From contig JAYWIR010000044.1 in assembly GCA_036172245.1 (NCBI GenBank), positions 1,426,001 to 1,490,000 on the forward strand: 64,000 bases of DNA. Direction: 5' to 3'. Position numbers and translations under genes: made by a program. The first letter of the stretch is position 1. Each line of letters opens with the position of its first letter. Shown here one piece after another: positions 1 to 12,611 of the stretch. The DNA comes from Raillietiella orientalis. Lineage: Eukaryota. Below the pieces are notes generated by a model. The model did no database searches, was not told the DNA's origin, and was given only the letters and a program-made list of their open reading frames with translations.

Positions 1-3000
1 CGTCTGCATGGCTCCCTCTGGTTTCCACGAAGCGATTGCGGTCATCATCGCTGCCTATGCATCGACTCGGGAGCACACCAGAAAAGGAGAATTCGATTAA
101 ACGAGGACGGACATTCCAGTGCTCCTCCATCATTCATTCAACCGGATGCAGCTTCCCCAAAAAGCTACGTCTCGTGAGTTCCGGAAACCACGCGGAACTC
201 GAGCACGAAGCCTCAAGGGCTGCAACAGCAGCCACTCGCACAGCAGCACCTTCGCATGCGGAGCAAGATGCCCTGAACGGCGCTCAACACTCTCCAACCA
301 CCGGCGACAAAGAGCTTCCTAAGACCCGCAGCCGAGTTTGGCACAAGCGGGCAAGGGACCGAATCTCCTCGCAGCCGGGCGCAGCATCTCGCCCGTACAC
401 CTGCACAGGAAAGCGACGGACACTTTTGACTTTTCAATCCGGACGTCAATCGTCGACACTCTCGAAGGATCGAATCAAAGCAACGGTGCACTCCGAATTT
501 CCATTGCATTCCCTTCCACGAAGACCAGCCCCTCTCTCCCTCTTCTCCTTCCATGACAGCTATCCATGCGAATGCGCACTCCCCGCAAGGTATTCGAGGG
601 AAATCTCATGTACCATCAGCATGTGGGTCCCTCCTTTCCTCCGTCCCTCGGGCTTCTTTGACCTCACACTTGCCGCCCCACATTCCCATTTTCGCCGCCA
701 CATTTCGCTGCTCTTAGCGAAGACCGCAGTAGGGCGATGAAGTCTTCCTTGTCCACCGCGTGCTTCTGCATTTCATGGGACCACAGATGTGAACAGTCAG
801 GAAGTCCACGGGTGGAAACTTCGTGCCTGTCAACTGCTGTGCTTTTGGATGGAGTAGAGGAAATTTGGATGAGCCAAGCTGCTTGGGGTCCACTGCAGGT
901 GTCCACCGAACGGTTCGCGCTTCTTAAGTGTTTCCCGCAAGAGTTGCTCACTTGGAAAACGTGGTTCACTCTTTCTAGCCTGCATGGACACGCATCGTTT
1001 TCACGAGGCCCCTGTGCAAAGGGTTTTCCCGGTTTCAAAAACCTCCCGAACTCGAAAGGAAAGTAAGTACATTGACGCAGCAGCAACGACTTCAGAACTC
1101 GCGTGAAGGAGGGAAGAACGCTGTTACTGGAGTTTGCGCTGCTTGCGAGCAGGGCCTGGTTAAGCTTTGCAGCCGTTCCGTGGTGCCTATTTTGCATGGG
1201 GCCCGTCTGGAGGTGTGAGAGCGCGCACGCAATTCCCCTTGCAGATCCTGGTAATGCAGCCGGCATCATTCAGGATGAAAGCAATTGCGTCGGCTCGATC
1301 CCCATCTCCTCAAAAAGGTGCTGGGATCCTTAGAGGGCGCAATCCTTCTTTGGAATCACCTACCCTTCCTGTCGCGCATTGCTTTCTGGTCGTGAGGAAG
1401 GGCTGCAACTTGTCCGGTTTCTTCGATCCGTTTGCTTGCAGGTTGCTTCCTCTGTTTGTTTCCATGGAAAACCTCGGTTTCCTCCGTGGATCCTGCCCGA
1501 AGCGAACCGAATGCGTGCAATGGCACAAGCCGACAACGGAAGTTTCCAGAAACGGTTCGCAGGATTCGTGTGGGGTGGGATGGAACATCCTCAGAGCGTG
1601 AAGCGCAGTGACGGGAATCAACATCCCATCCTCGTCTGGCTGCTCGTCCTCAGGATCTTCGAGCGATGGAAGATCCACTGGTTTCCTGCGTCGTAAGCAC
1701 CACCTCTTCGGCAGGGTGGGAAGTCTGAGAGCTGAATACGAAAGGAACAAGATCCCGTGATGCAAATTTTTGAGCAACCCTTGCATCCGGCAGCCAGGGC
1801 AGCTTGTCGGTGATTTTGATGTGATTTTCTCCTACCACGCTGCTCGGCTCTGAGCCACATAGAGCTGAAACATGAGCATGGCATCGCAGAGACTTGAGAT
1901 ATAGCGATTACCGGTACTGAAATGTGGCATTTCCAACTCTTGGTCACAGAAATCGAGTCACTCCAGTGGTTTTCCTGTGTTATGAAGAATGCATCAGCTT
2001 CGTGTTCTGAAGAAAAAGTTTTCCAAAGGCACGAAATTTGCTGTTCCCATTAACTGCCCAGAAGGAAAGAGCACATTTCCCATACTCTGAAGTTTTCTAC
2101 CAGTCACCATGGCAGTAGGCTTTATTGCATGCAGGGACTTCTTGAGCATTGCCATGTTGGTAATGCAGCCGATGAGGAAGTCTCTGTTTTAAGGTTCCCT
2201 TTGCATTTGTTTGGTCATGTGGTGGATGGCAATGTGTGGTGGCAACTGGAATCTGTTCGTGGTTCCCATTTCTCCCTTGTGTATTCTCAACACTGCGTTG
2301 CGATCCATAGAATTTTTGCATCTCGACATTCCATGTCCGTGGAATAGCCTGTTTTCCACCTGCAACCCTGTTTAGAAATCCCAGATCTCCATCTCCAGGG
2401 AGGGTCTGCTTCTGGTTTCTTTCCCTTAGATTTCGTTTTGGAATCATTCGGCCTTCACTCTTGAAGCCATCTTGTGGTTTGCATCTGCATAGAATGTGAC
2501 TGCAGTGTGTGCATGAAAGAGCGCCAGAAATTGCATCCTGTGGAAACTCCTGGAAAAATTCCGGCATCATCATTTTGGATTAGCTGAAAGGTGCGGTGCA
2601 GTGATGGGCCTGGCTAGTGATGCTCTGCAGTACAGCGAATTCTCTTGAGCTCTGTCGCTAGCTACTTGAAGTGGTGATACGAAGAAGACAAAGAATCCAT
2701 GCTGGACAGCATGTTCCTGGTAGCGTTTTACTTTCCGTTTTTTCCCGTTTCTTCCTTTGTCGTGAGGTATTTGCTCTCTTCTTTCATCCCGACTCGGTTT
2801 GCCATTTCCCATCTCTCAAGAAAAAGTGGCTCACCCATTCGCTGTGTTTCCTCTTGTGCATATGCACAAACATCCTAGCTACTGCAGATTTGTTGGCAAA
2901 ATCCCAGTTCGGGTTCAAGCACTGCAGTGCACCGTGCGTGGTGGATGCAGTAACTGCGTGTCTCCTTCCTGCAGAGCTTCTCTCCTCCTCACACCGCATG

Positions 3001-3848
3001 CATAGCTATGCCATTATCCGTTAGGATCGCATCCGGATTGCTTTTGCGAGGAGGCTGTATTCCGAAGTACCATTCGAGCCTGCAGGGATATCAGATGCTC
3101 GGAACTTTCTCAGTCAGGGAAAACCGGATCGGTTTGTGGCTGGAAGGATGCACACGTTCGAAATGAGGTTTGCTTCAGCAGAGGAGTGTGACGACAGCAT
3201 GCTTTCAAACAAAGTGACAGTTCGTGTAGATACGCATCAGCGTTTCTGTTGGCATGGTTTCAACCTGGAAACTCGTCCCTGTTTGTTGAAGAAACGGCTT
3301 TTGACAGGACTGCTACCATCCTGCGCTTTGCTCCATGAAACTTGAGCAGCGTTGCTTGGAATGCTAAAGTAGGGCGGCCATCGGCATGGGATCCTGGTTT
3401 CCCTCAGGTTGGATTGCCTCTCCCGCAACGAGTCTGGGAAACAACTACCAAGTGTGCAATGGTTTCGTTATGGGGTTGTGAATGCAAACGGGGATATTCC
3501 AGGGTTTCCAGGAATTCGAGGCATCGCGACCTGGCTGCTGCTTTCCGTTTCGCCCACCGTGGCTACAGTTTGAGTGCGCTGAACGATCCTGAATCTTATG
3601 GCAATGCAGTTCCGGATGGGATCCACATCCACACACCTCTTGACATAAGAGTGTGCCACGTTGATGTTTGCGTGGAATGCTTGAGATATGCGAGTTGGTA
3701 TAGCAGTGTACGTTGCCACCCGGTCACGCCGGGGCGTTCATTGTAAACTCTCTTTACAATTCGTGGTACAAGGCTCCACTACGGCCAACACAACAGGACC
3801 TGTCGGGTCGCCGGTTCGCAGACCGGCGCGACTCTCCTCGGCAGCGGA

Positions 3849-6429
3849 AGGGGGTGGGGGGAAAAACAAAAAGAGAAATACAAACAGAAAAACAAAAAAT
3901 AGTTGGAGGGCAGGGAAGGGATCACGGTCCACAGGGAGGAGGGTCCATCCTTTCCAGGATGCCCTCGAGGATGATTCCCAGGTGGGACCATCTGGTTGCA
4001 AGCCGCAGGTAGCGGACCGCGAGTTCGACGGCACCCCTCTCGTGGCTCGGTCTTCTGAAATCGCTCCAGCTCGTCACGATCCCTCGGATGCAGCAGAGTG
4101 CTGCCAGGGCTGCGGCTGGTCGCAGGGCATCCCGCATGAAAAGAAGCCGAAATACGTCTCTGGGCTGGCTGCCCTCCTGCAGCCGTAGGGAGGTACCAAG
4201 ACGCTCCCACAGGGGTCGGAGAGCAGCACAATCAACAAGGAGGTGGGGGAGCGATTCCCGCTCCCCACACCTGATGCAGGAGGGATTCACTCGACCACTA
4301 GTCCAGTGGTGGCGGCGTGCGTTGCAGGGTAGACCCCAATGAAACAGCAGAAGCACCGACTCCTGCCACTTCAGGGTGAGGATCCTCGATCCAATAAAAT
4401 CCGGGGGCCACTTCAGATCATCCATCGGGATGCCGAGCAGTTCGCCCCATCTCTTCAATCCACGCGGGAGGACACTTCGGGTGGTGGCGCCGGCCAGCTG
4501 CGCCGTGTTCCAGCCGCTCAACATCTTCTCTCTGCCTGCGATTCGGCAGGAGAATTGCCGCATAGGCATGCGGCTGCTGGAGAGCGCCCTCCTCTGGAAG
4601 GGCATCGCCGTAGCAAGGGGCGTGGTCTCGGCCCACGTGCACCGGGCGGGACACTGCAACATGGACCGCAGGCTGCAGCGGGCGCGGTTGTAGAATCGCA
4701 GGCAGTTGCAGTTGTCATCTTCCTTTGCATTTAACCTCGCCCACGTTCCAACAGATTCCTCCAGCCATGCGGAGGAGTTGGCGGGGCTGCATACCATCCA
4801 GCCGTTCTCCTTAGCCAGGGTGGCCACGCGTCCAAGGAGAAGGCCGCATTTCCTGATCTTCGAGCCACGGCACAGAAGATAAGACGCGAGACCTTCCGTC
4901 GCGGATGCACGGCTGGCAAGGAGGTGGGCCGGAACGCAACACGGTGAGCTCCATGACTCGATGGCCAAGGTGCGCCATCGCAGCTGTATCTCCGTTCGCT
5001 CCAGCGTCAAGAGGCCGACACCGCCATCCCGACGCGGAGCACACAAGTCCATCAACAGGACTCGGGGCCTCCCTCTTCCCCAAAGGGCGAACCTGAGGAG
5101 GTCCTTCCTCCGTTTTTACAACTGCGGCGGGACGGGGCAAACAAAAAGCAGGGGGCGGAGGATGGGAGCCGCGAACGCGTTCCACACCGCGGCCCCTTCC
5201 GGAAGGAGAAACTTGTCTTCCAAGAACGGGCCGATCGCCAACTCTACTTTCCGGAGACGACCTGACCAGTCTTCCGAAGGGCAATAGTCCCCCAACGGCA
5301 CACCAAGGTACTTCAAGCACCTTGCCGTGGGGATCCCCAAACGGATCCAGTCAGGCCGTCCAGCACCGTCGCACCAACCGCTACCATCGATGACTTCGCC
5401 TTATTTACCCGTAGTGCACTCCCACGGCTTAGGAGATCGAAGAAATACTCGACTGCGGCTGCCGGGACGGACATGGGCAAAAAAAGCAGATCATCGGCGT
5501 AAGCCACTACGGCGGGCGTACTGGGGCCCGAGCTCGGCAAGGCAGCCAAAGTCATCCTGTACGCTCTCAGCAACAACTCAAAGTAGGCGCTGAAGAGCAG
5601 GGGACTGAGGCTATCGCCCTGCCTTATGCCCCGGCGCGCCGTACACCTGTTGACTGCTGAAAGAAACGTTGATTATGGCGTTGCGCCAGCAGGTGTGCAG
5701 GTAGGTTAGCAGGGAGGGTGAAAAGCACATGCGACCCAAGAGCTCCAAGAGAAGCTCCTGGTCCACGCAGTCGAACCCCTTTTGGAGATCGACCGCGAGC
5801 GCTAGGGCCCCCTTCTCCGCCCCGGTGTCCCTTCCCTGCCCGGCCGGCGCCCCCAAAGCGGGGTAGCCATTCACACGCTTTCGTTCATGTTCACTACTCT
5901 GCACATGTGCTCGCGAAGAACAGGTTGGCCTCCATACTTCGCCCGGGAACAGCGTAAGTCTGTTCCGGGCTAATTATGGAGTCTGACACCTGTCCTAAGC
6001 GCGACGCCCACAGTCCGGCTATCAGCTTGGCGACCGTGTTCACAATTGTGATCGGACGCCAGTTGCTGAGTCCTCCGAGGTCTCCTCCCTTGGGAAGGAG
6101 CCTCACTCTGGTTCACAGAAACGAGGCGGGTACATCCCCTTCGTCTCGGATCAGCCTTGTCAACTGAAGCACCAGGAGTGCCTACTCAGCCGCGAAGCAT
6201 GGGAAAAACTCCGCTGGCAGGCCGTCCTCCCCTGGTGCTTTCCGCCTCTTGAGCCTTTTATTCCCGGCGAGAATTTCGCCGGTCGTAAAAGGCTCGTCGA
6301 GGCTTTCCTTCTCCTCCTCCCCTATTGCCGGGGCACCATCCGCAAGCAAGCGCCGGGAGGCGCCTCGCTCCGGGGGCGCCCAGGCGTAAAGGCAGGGAGG
6401 GAGAAGGGTGTGGAGTGTACGGTAGACTA
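3849..6429 (-). mobile_element. Mirror copy of the decayed L1/Tx1-like retrotransposon
   Basis: ORFs 5894..6106, 5611..5904, 5313..5576, 5116..5340 and 3922..5055 (all minus) carry the same RT and CCHC motifs with the same disruptions. Only 2 substitutions seen relative to the other copy (4137, 5528). Confidence 0.92.
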
Positions 6430-7196
6430 TCGATCTGACGGGTCAACTGCGCATCGAGGCTTTGCGGTCACTGCTGCGCTTCACACTTGCGAACAGAACG
6501 ATCCTTTTCGTTCCCTGCGGCAGGCGGTGTCTGAAGCCTTCGTGCAGGCACTGCCAGTGTGGTGCGGCTCTTCCGCTTCCTCTGCATTGAAGCCATCGAA
6601 GATAAGCCGCTACGGCTTCACGGAAGAGGAGAGTGGGAAAGCGGCTGCTTTCGAGACGCATTTGCTGTAGGAAAGGCCTTGCGAAAAGATCTTCCGAAAG
6701 ATTTTCACTTGACCGTCACAGGCACCAAGCTCTTCGGAAGAGGCTACACATCCGACAGCATCTCTTCGTTTCTTTTTGTCCGACATGTACGTAAAGGAGT
6801 TTGGAAGTGTTTTGCAAGGAACTTGCGCACGAATGCGATGTGATGCCTGTTCGCTGTGCTCACTCTAGAGGACTGGTTCCAGTGCTTCCGTGATGTGAAA
6901 ACGGCGTCTTTCGCGAACTTTGCTGCTGACCGTGGGGACCATCAAGATTTTCCTTTTTTGCGCTCAAAGTTCGGGGCGTCAGGCTCGCTGCGGTGGAAGT
7001 GTACAAGAAATAGATGGTGTGCAGAACGGATGCTCAATGCCAAACTCGCCTCTTTAGAGCAGCATTTAGAGCGTCTCCAAGCGTCTCCATGGAACCAGGT
7101 AACCACTCCAGTTCCTTCCCATCCCACCTCACCTGGACACCTCCTGATGCAGTCGGTTACAAGATTTAGAAAATTCGAGTACGTTCGTGACTTCGG

Positions 7197-7234
7197 GGGA
7201 AATGCCCGTGCTGCGTGCAGCACGGGCATTTCCC
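7197..7234. repeat. Perfect 18-bp-stem palindrome with 2-nt centre (left arm)
   Basis: GGGAAATGCCCGTGCTGC-GT-GCAGCACGGGCATTTCCC read directly. Confidence 0.95.
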
Positions 7235-10200
7235 AACATATTTGTTTCGTGTATTGGTTTTCGTGAATGGCATCATCCATCTCCACGAGAGCTTGCAAGC
7301 TTCCATCATCCCTCTATAGGAAGTTTTCGATTCAGCCGCTACGAAGAAAGTGAGGAAGGAGCATCGGGCCAGCCTCGACACTCTGGATTCGGGCGGGATT
7401 GAGGTGCACTTCCGTGAACGTGACCACCCAAGTTCCGCAACCACGAGCTTCTCTGAGCGCTCCATTCGTCTCTGGTCTCGACGGACAGCCGGATGCAGCT
7501 CCTGCATTCCCCATGGCAGCGGGACCAAACGGATTGTGGCGCTCGTTTCGCGGGGTGCGGTGTCCATGGCGCGCGGTCGTGTGGGCGAAGCTTGAAAAAA
7601 GCAACTCTCGTGGAAAGAGAACTCGTCGGAATTGGGAAGAGCATAACATCCCATTCCGAAATTTCACCGGATTGACGCTGAGAATCATCTGGAGTGAACT
7701 CGTGATTTCGTCGCGTCCAATCATAAATTCATTCACCGTTCGTCATCGTTCAAGGAAGTTGGGATCGTGTTTCGCTGCGCGTGCTTTGAATCGCTTTGCG
7801 ATTTCAGGAATGTCAAGAAAGATCAACGTGTAATAAGAATGCTCGTTACTGGAGAGGTTCTCCTGCAGGGACGTGCGATCATGCGAACGCCGTTGCATTA
7901 AAGGTCGCGAGGAAACGGAGCTCTCGTCCAATCGCGCCACGTTGTTCTGCTCTCCCGCCGTAGTGCATCCGTTAAGGGAATGTAAAAGCGACCAAGTCCT
8001 CGTCCCAGTCCAGCCTCTGCCACGGTCACCCGCTGGAGCACGCGATTCCCGCAACTGGTGGTCCGATTTCGCGCCCGTATTTCCCGGGGCGTTCATCGCG
8101 TAAAATGATAGCGATTCCTTCTTGCGGTAGAATCGTTGGTTCTGCCATTTGCTAAATCAACACGCTGAACCCGCCAAATACCGGCACCAGACGGAGACGT
8201 TCGCTTCGGCACCGAAGGGGATGGGAAAACCGAAAGCAACAAGGAACCAACAAAAAACAGAGGGAAAGCTTCCCTCTTTATAAAGGGGGCGGCCGAATGT
8301 TGAAATCGAGGAAGGGATTACTTCGCGCTGCTCGGCGTCCTCTGCATCCTGTCCTCTATGCTGGCAAGTTCGCTCGGTGCGTTTCCCAGGTGAGCCCATC
8401 ACGTGGCGGTTCTCAGCAGAATTCTCGATCTACGCGTGGCTTCTGGACTTTTTCGGCCGAGTTCCAGGCCGCCATTACGTCTCCAAGACAGCACCGAACT
8501 TCAAACGACGCGGCTGGAGGCAGTACGGAGACATGCACGAGGGGGAGTTTCAAAAGATCTCCGGGGCACCGACCGGGACCCGAAGGGTGGTCTCTAGGCG
8601 ATTCCAGGCGGTCGGAGGGAAGCACTGTCAGGAACTCGATGCTGGAAGGTCTTCTTCATTCCGCTCCCGTCACAATTTACACTCGCACTCCCCGGCTTGC
8701 AGCGGCGAAGGCGCGCGTTGCACGGGATTCCCCAACGCAAGACCAGCAGTGCCCTCTCCTGCAAATTAAGGGAAGCAGAAGAAATCGCCGTTCCGGGATG
8801 CTGGAGGTCAATTCGCGCCCTCTGGAAGGTTGGCGATCAGCTCGACCTAGCTGCGTAAGAGTTCTCGGGATGAAACACTAGGGCATCGCAGAGCCCGTGA
8901 TTTCTCGAGGGGTCCGCACCCAGAAGTTTCTTGCTTGCCGCAACGCCGCAGGACACCTCCCACCTCCCATACCGTAAGGTCGCCACCTCCTCCTTCATCC
9001 CTTGAAGAGGACAGGACCGCGAATAGCTAGGGAAAACAAAGTTAAGAGCATCCTTTGCGGGCTGCGGGCAATCCCTTGCAGCGAGAGACGTGCTTCTCGG
9101 CCATTCTGCAGACAGGCGAACTCCGCCTCGCTCGCCCTGTTGATCTCTTCCGTTGCGTCAATTGCATGACCGCTGAAACCATGCAGTACGGCTGTCGGAG
9201 ACCAGTGCTCACCATGAAGTGTCTCGTTTGCAGGTGCACGCTGTGGCGCATCGCCGGTCTCCAGGAACAGTGATGAAGTAGCCAATGTTTTTTTAGCATT
9301 CCCGCCCTGTCGAGCCTGCCTTACTTTTTCCCGAAAGCCCTCTGTGTGGTATTGATCCCGGATCTCTCCTATGCTTGCTTGTTCCTCCATCCATCCTGCA
9401 CGGAAAGTGACTGACCTGAACAAAGTGACCTACCCTAACCTATCTAACCTGACCTGTAACCAGATTTTCGGGGAGTTGGGGAAGAAGCGAATCCCGTTGC
9501 GACTGGCGCGGGCGTACGAACCAAGGTGCGCGAGTGGGCTGTGGTTGACCGGGTGGCGTGGTAGAAGTGACCCTCTCAATGCGAAATTCATGGAACGTTC
9601 GGCGTTTGCGTTGTTCCACCGTGGGTGGTCGCACTCCGCGGCGAGAGGACGGTTGATGAGAGGACGGTCCATCTTTCCCGACGGCCTTCCCTGGGAGAGA
9701 TGACGAGAGCCACGGTGGTCATTTCGCTATCGTCCGAAGATTTGAAAGCGGAGTCACCAGTTCGAGCAGCGAGCAGCACTGCGCAGCTCAGGCTTTCTGC
9801 TCAACGGAGTGGAATCGCCTCTCTTCTTTGCTTCCGATGCCACGATGTCACGATGTGCGGCCGTCTTCCAGTGCAACTGCTGCCAGGGAAATTCTACGGA
9901 TGATCGGTAGGTGTTCCAATGTGGTGTTTCTTCTGGCGAAGAAAACGTGAGCCCTTCGTTTCCTTTCAAACTCACTTGCCCCTTGCGTTGAGGTGGCATC
10001 TGAATTCGAATGTCTTTATTCCCAACGTCTGTTCTGAAGAACAGCAGGGTTGTGGCATGGTTTGCAGAATCGTTCCCTCATCCTGCACTCTGCAGTCCGC
10101 CTTCTTTCGTCCATTCATCCGTTATCCATGACGCGTATACGTCACGGATGGGCATCTGCCATCACCATTCACCGAAGGAGATTCACGTTGCGCGCACTTG

Positions 10201-11645
10201 AGTGCGTGTCGAGCTGCCACCCTGGTACCACTCTGGTACAGCGCAGAAGACGTTCCGCGGAACCGTTACGCAGATTTGCGGACAGGAGCTCCTTTTGAAG
10301 GGACAAGGAGAAGCTGAGGCAACAGAAGTTTCCGTACTTCGCCAACGGGCGTCCTTCTTTTCCTTTCTTCGATTGATTGATCGAATCGACGAGCCTGAAT
10401 TGGTAATGCGGCCTACGGATCATGGAACGGATGTGGGTCTTCGTTCTCTTTTCCGGAAAATCAACGGTTTTTTCCAAGGCGTGCGTTGGTGCCTGCGGGT
10501 TCTCCCGAACCGCGAATCCATGCTGTTCCGTGGTCCATGGTCGCGCTGCTCATCTACTGCTTTCCCTTAATGTGAACGATAGGTGCTCATCCCTCTCCGG
10601 AGTGTGCGACACTGCACTGACCGCACGTGTGCTGCGGTAAAGGCAACCGAAATTCTCGCCGTTGGCTCGTAGCCTGGTGGCATGAAACCTCGCGCAATCT
10701 GAAGAGGTATCCGTGCTGAATGATGGTCTTCCCTTTTTGTCCGTCTTTGTCCCGAAGCAGCTGTCGAAGGAGACGAATTTCGAGCAAGGAAGGCTTCGCA
10801 ACCGACTGTGGTTCAATTCACCACCGACAGTCACGCGAAAATGCATCGTCCATTTGCGGAGAGATGAGCGAGCAGAGCTTCGGTTTCACGGATCGCTGTC
10901 AGGAGGGATTCTTACCCTACGCTTGAACGCCTTCGTTCCTGCCGGAAGCGAAGGTCTGTCCTCCTCCCACGGACTTCTCGGTGCGCGGGCGTACTCTTTT
11001 TCCGGATTCTGTTGTGCTTCGGGTTGCGAATGCCCGGCTTCATGTGTGAGTTGCTCCATAGGACCCAGGGCCATCCCGAGAGCCTCTTTTCAGAATCGGC
11101 CGTCCGAATGGCGACCCGGAGTTTCATTCCGCCCGCCGCCTGCAGAAAACTCAGTCGGGGCTTCTTGAAGACATGGCGCGTGAAAGAAGGACAGTTCGAT
11201 GCCAGCGTGCACTTTCTGAGGAACATCATACTTCCCCTACCAGGGTAATCCTGCTACCTGGATGCTCCGATGTGACGAGCCGATGGGTTCTCTCTCGTGT
11301 CTGCAATCCTCCGAGGTGCATCCTCTTTGTCCGGGAAGCTCGAGCTGCAAGTCGCGAGGAGCGATCCGACTTCTCCACGAGAGGACGGTTCGCACGTTGA
11401 CCTGTGAGTGTCGCCGTGTTCCCGCTGGATGGCTCCGCAAGTGCGGAGGCGCGTCTGCTGCTCCGTTCCAGCATCGCGTAACGTCATTTCGGATGGGGCT
11501 GGCGCAACGTTACACAGTTACAAAGCTTTCCGCAGGGCGTGCAGTATAATGCCCTGGCAGATGGGTAATAATTTGCGGCACGCCGTGTCTCCCGTGCTCC
11601 TTCCGGGCAGCGTGCCACCAGGGTACGCGTGGCGTATGGACGTGG

Positions 11646-12611
11646 GTGCGGGTGCTGTGTTCCTTGTCTTCTCATCCCCTCATTTCATCTATCTCCGTCA
11701 ACCGAGCAGCGGACTGCCGAACGAAATGCGTGGTTCGGCATGTCTTTCACGTCCGGATGTGCCATGTCTTTCTAAGAAAAATAATGGAGCAAAACGGAAA
11801 ATACGCTGAAGAGTCCCCCAGCTTATGCGCAGCAGGGCTCAACATCATCTTTCCGACCTTCACCACCGACGCTGCCCGCGGTCCCAACGCAACGTGTGAT
11901 GAAACGTCGGAGAGGCATCGGCGGTTACCTTCGTTCGCCAAGGAAGGTGAAGAGCTGTGGGGCACGCTGAGCAAACTGGAGAGGACAAGACTGGAGGCAT
12001 CCGCGGGTGTGTTTCTTCCGTCTTGCGCCACCCCTCCGCGGATGCGAGCGCTTCGTGGAAAGTCCACCTCGTTAGCTTTCTCGACGCAGTCCAACAGGGA
12101 AGGTGGAAACGCCCATCCCTCGTGCCGACTTGTTCTTGTCGGGCGAGTTCGCGGGCATTGCCACCTCTTTGGACATCCGCCCGCTTCTGTTGCGCGTGCA
12201 GCCTGCACGCACCAGGGTGCTGGCAGCAGCTCCTGTATCACGGGACAGCTCACCTGCCCGTCCGTCGGAAGCGCGGTGCTGGATCGATGCATCCGCGGAG
12301 GGCGGACTGGAAAAACTGCCAGGAGGGAGTCTTGGACCCCCCATGGACACACACGCCCACCATCTTTTGCAGAGCGCCATTCCGCAGGTTCCGTGCATTC
12401 AGGCACATCCTACCTTCCGTACTCGCAGCTCGCGCTCCGAACGACGACTTCCGTTTCGGTTGCCACTGCGGGCTGCCAGCAGCGTTCAAGCTGCGACTGG
12501 AGCGGAGGTTTCCCTGGTTGCCGCCGTTCTCGGGCATGTTTCCCGGAGATCGCATGGGAACAGGCTGCAAAAGCATTCCATTCCTGGCGTTCTTCGTGGG
12601 ATGCGTGCTGA
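11646..12611 (+). other. Longest non-retroelement ORF in the arm (321 codons, first in-frame ATG a few dozen codons in); coding status unsupported; mirror at 26018..26983 (-)
   Basis: Open frame only. No recognisable motif, and it is overlapped by 200+ aa ORFs in other frames, as is typical of GC-rich non-coding DNA. Confidence 0.12.
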
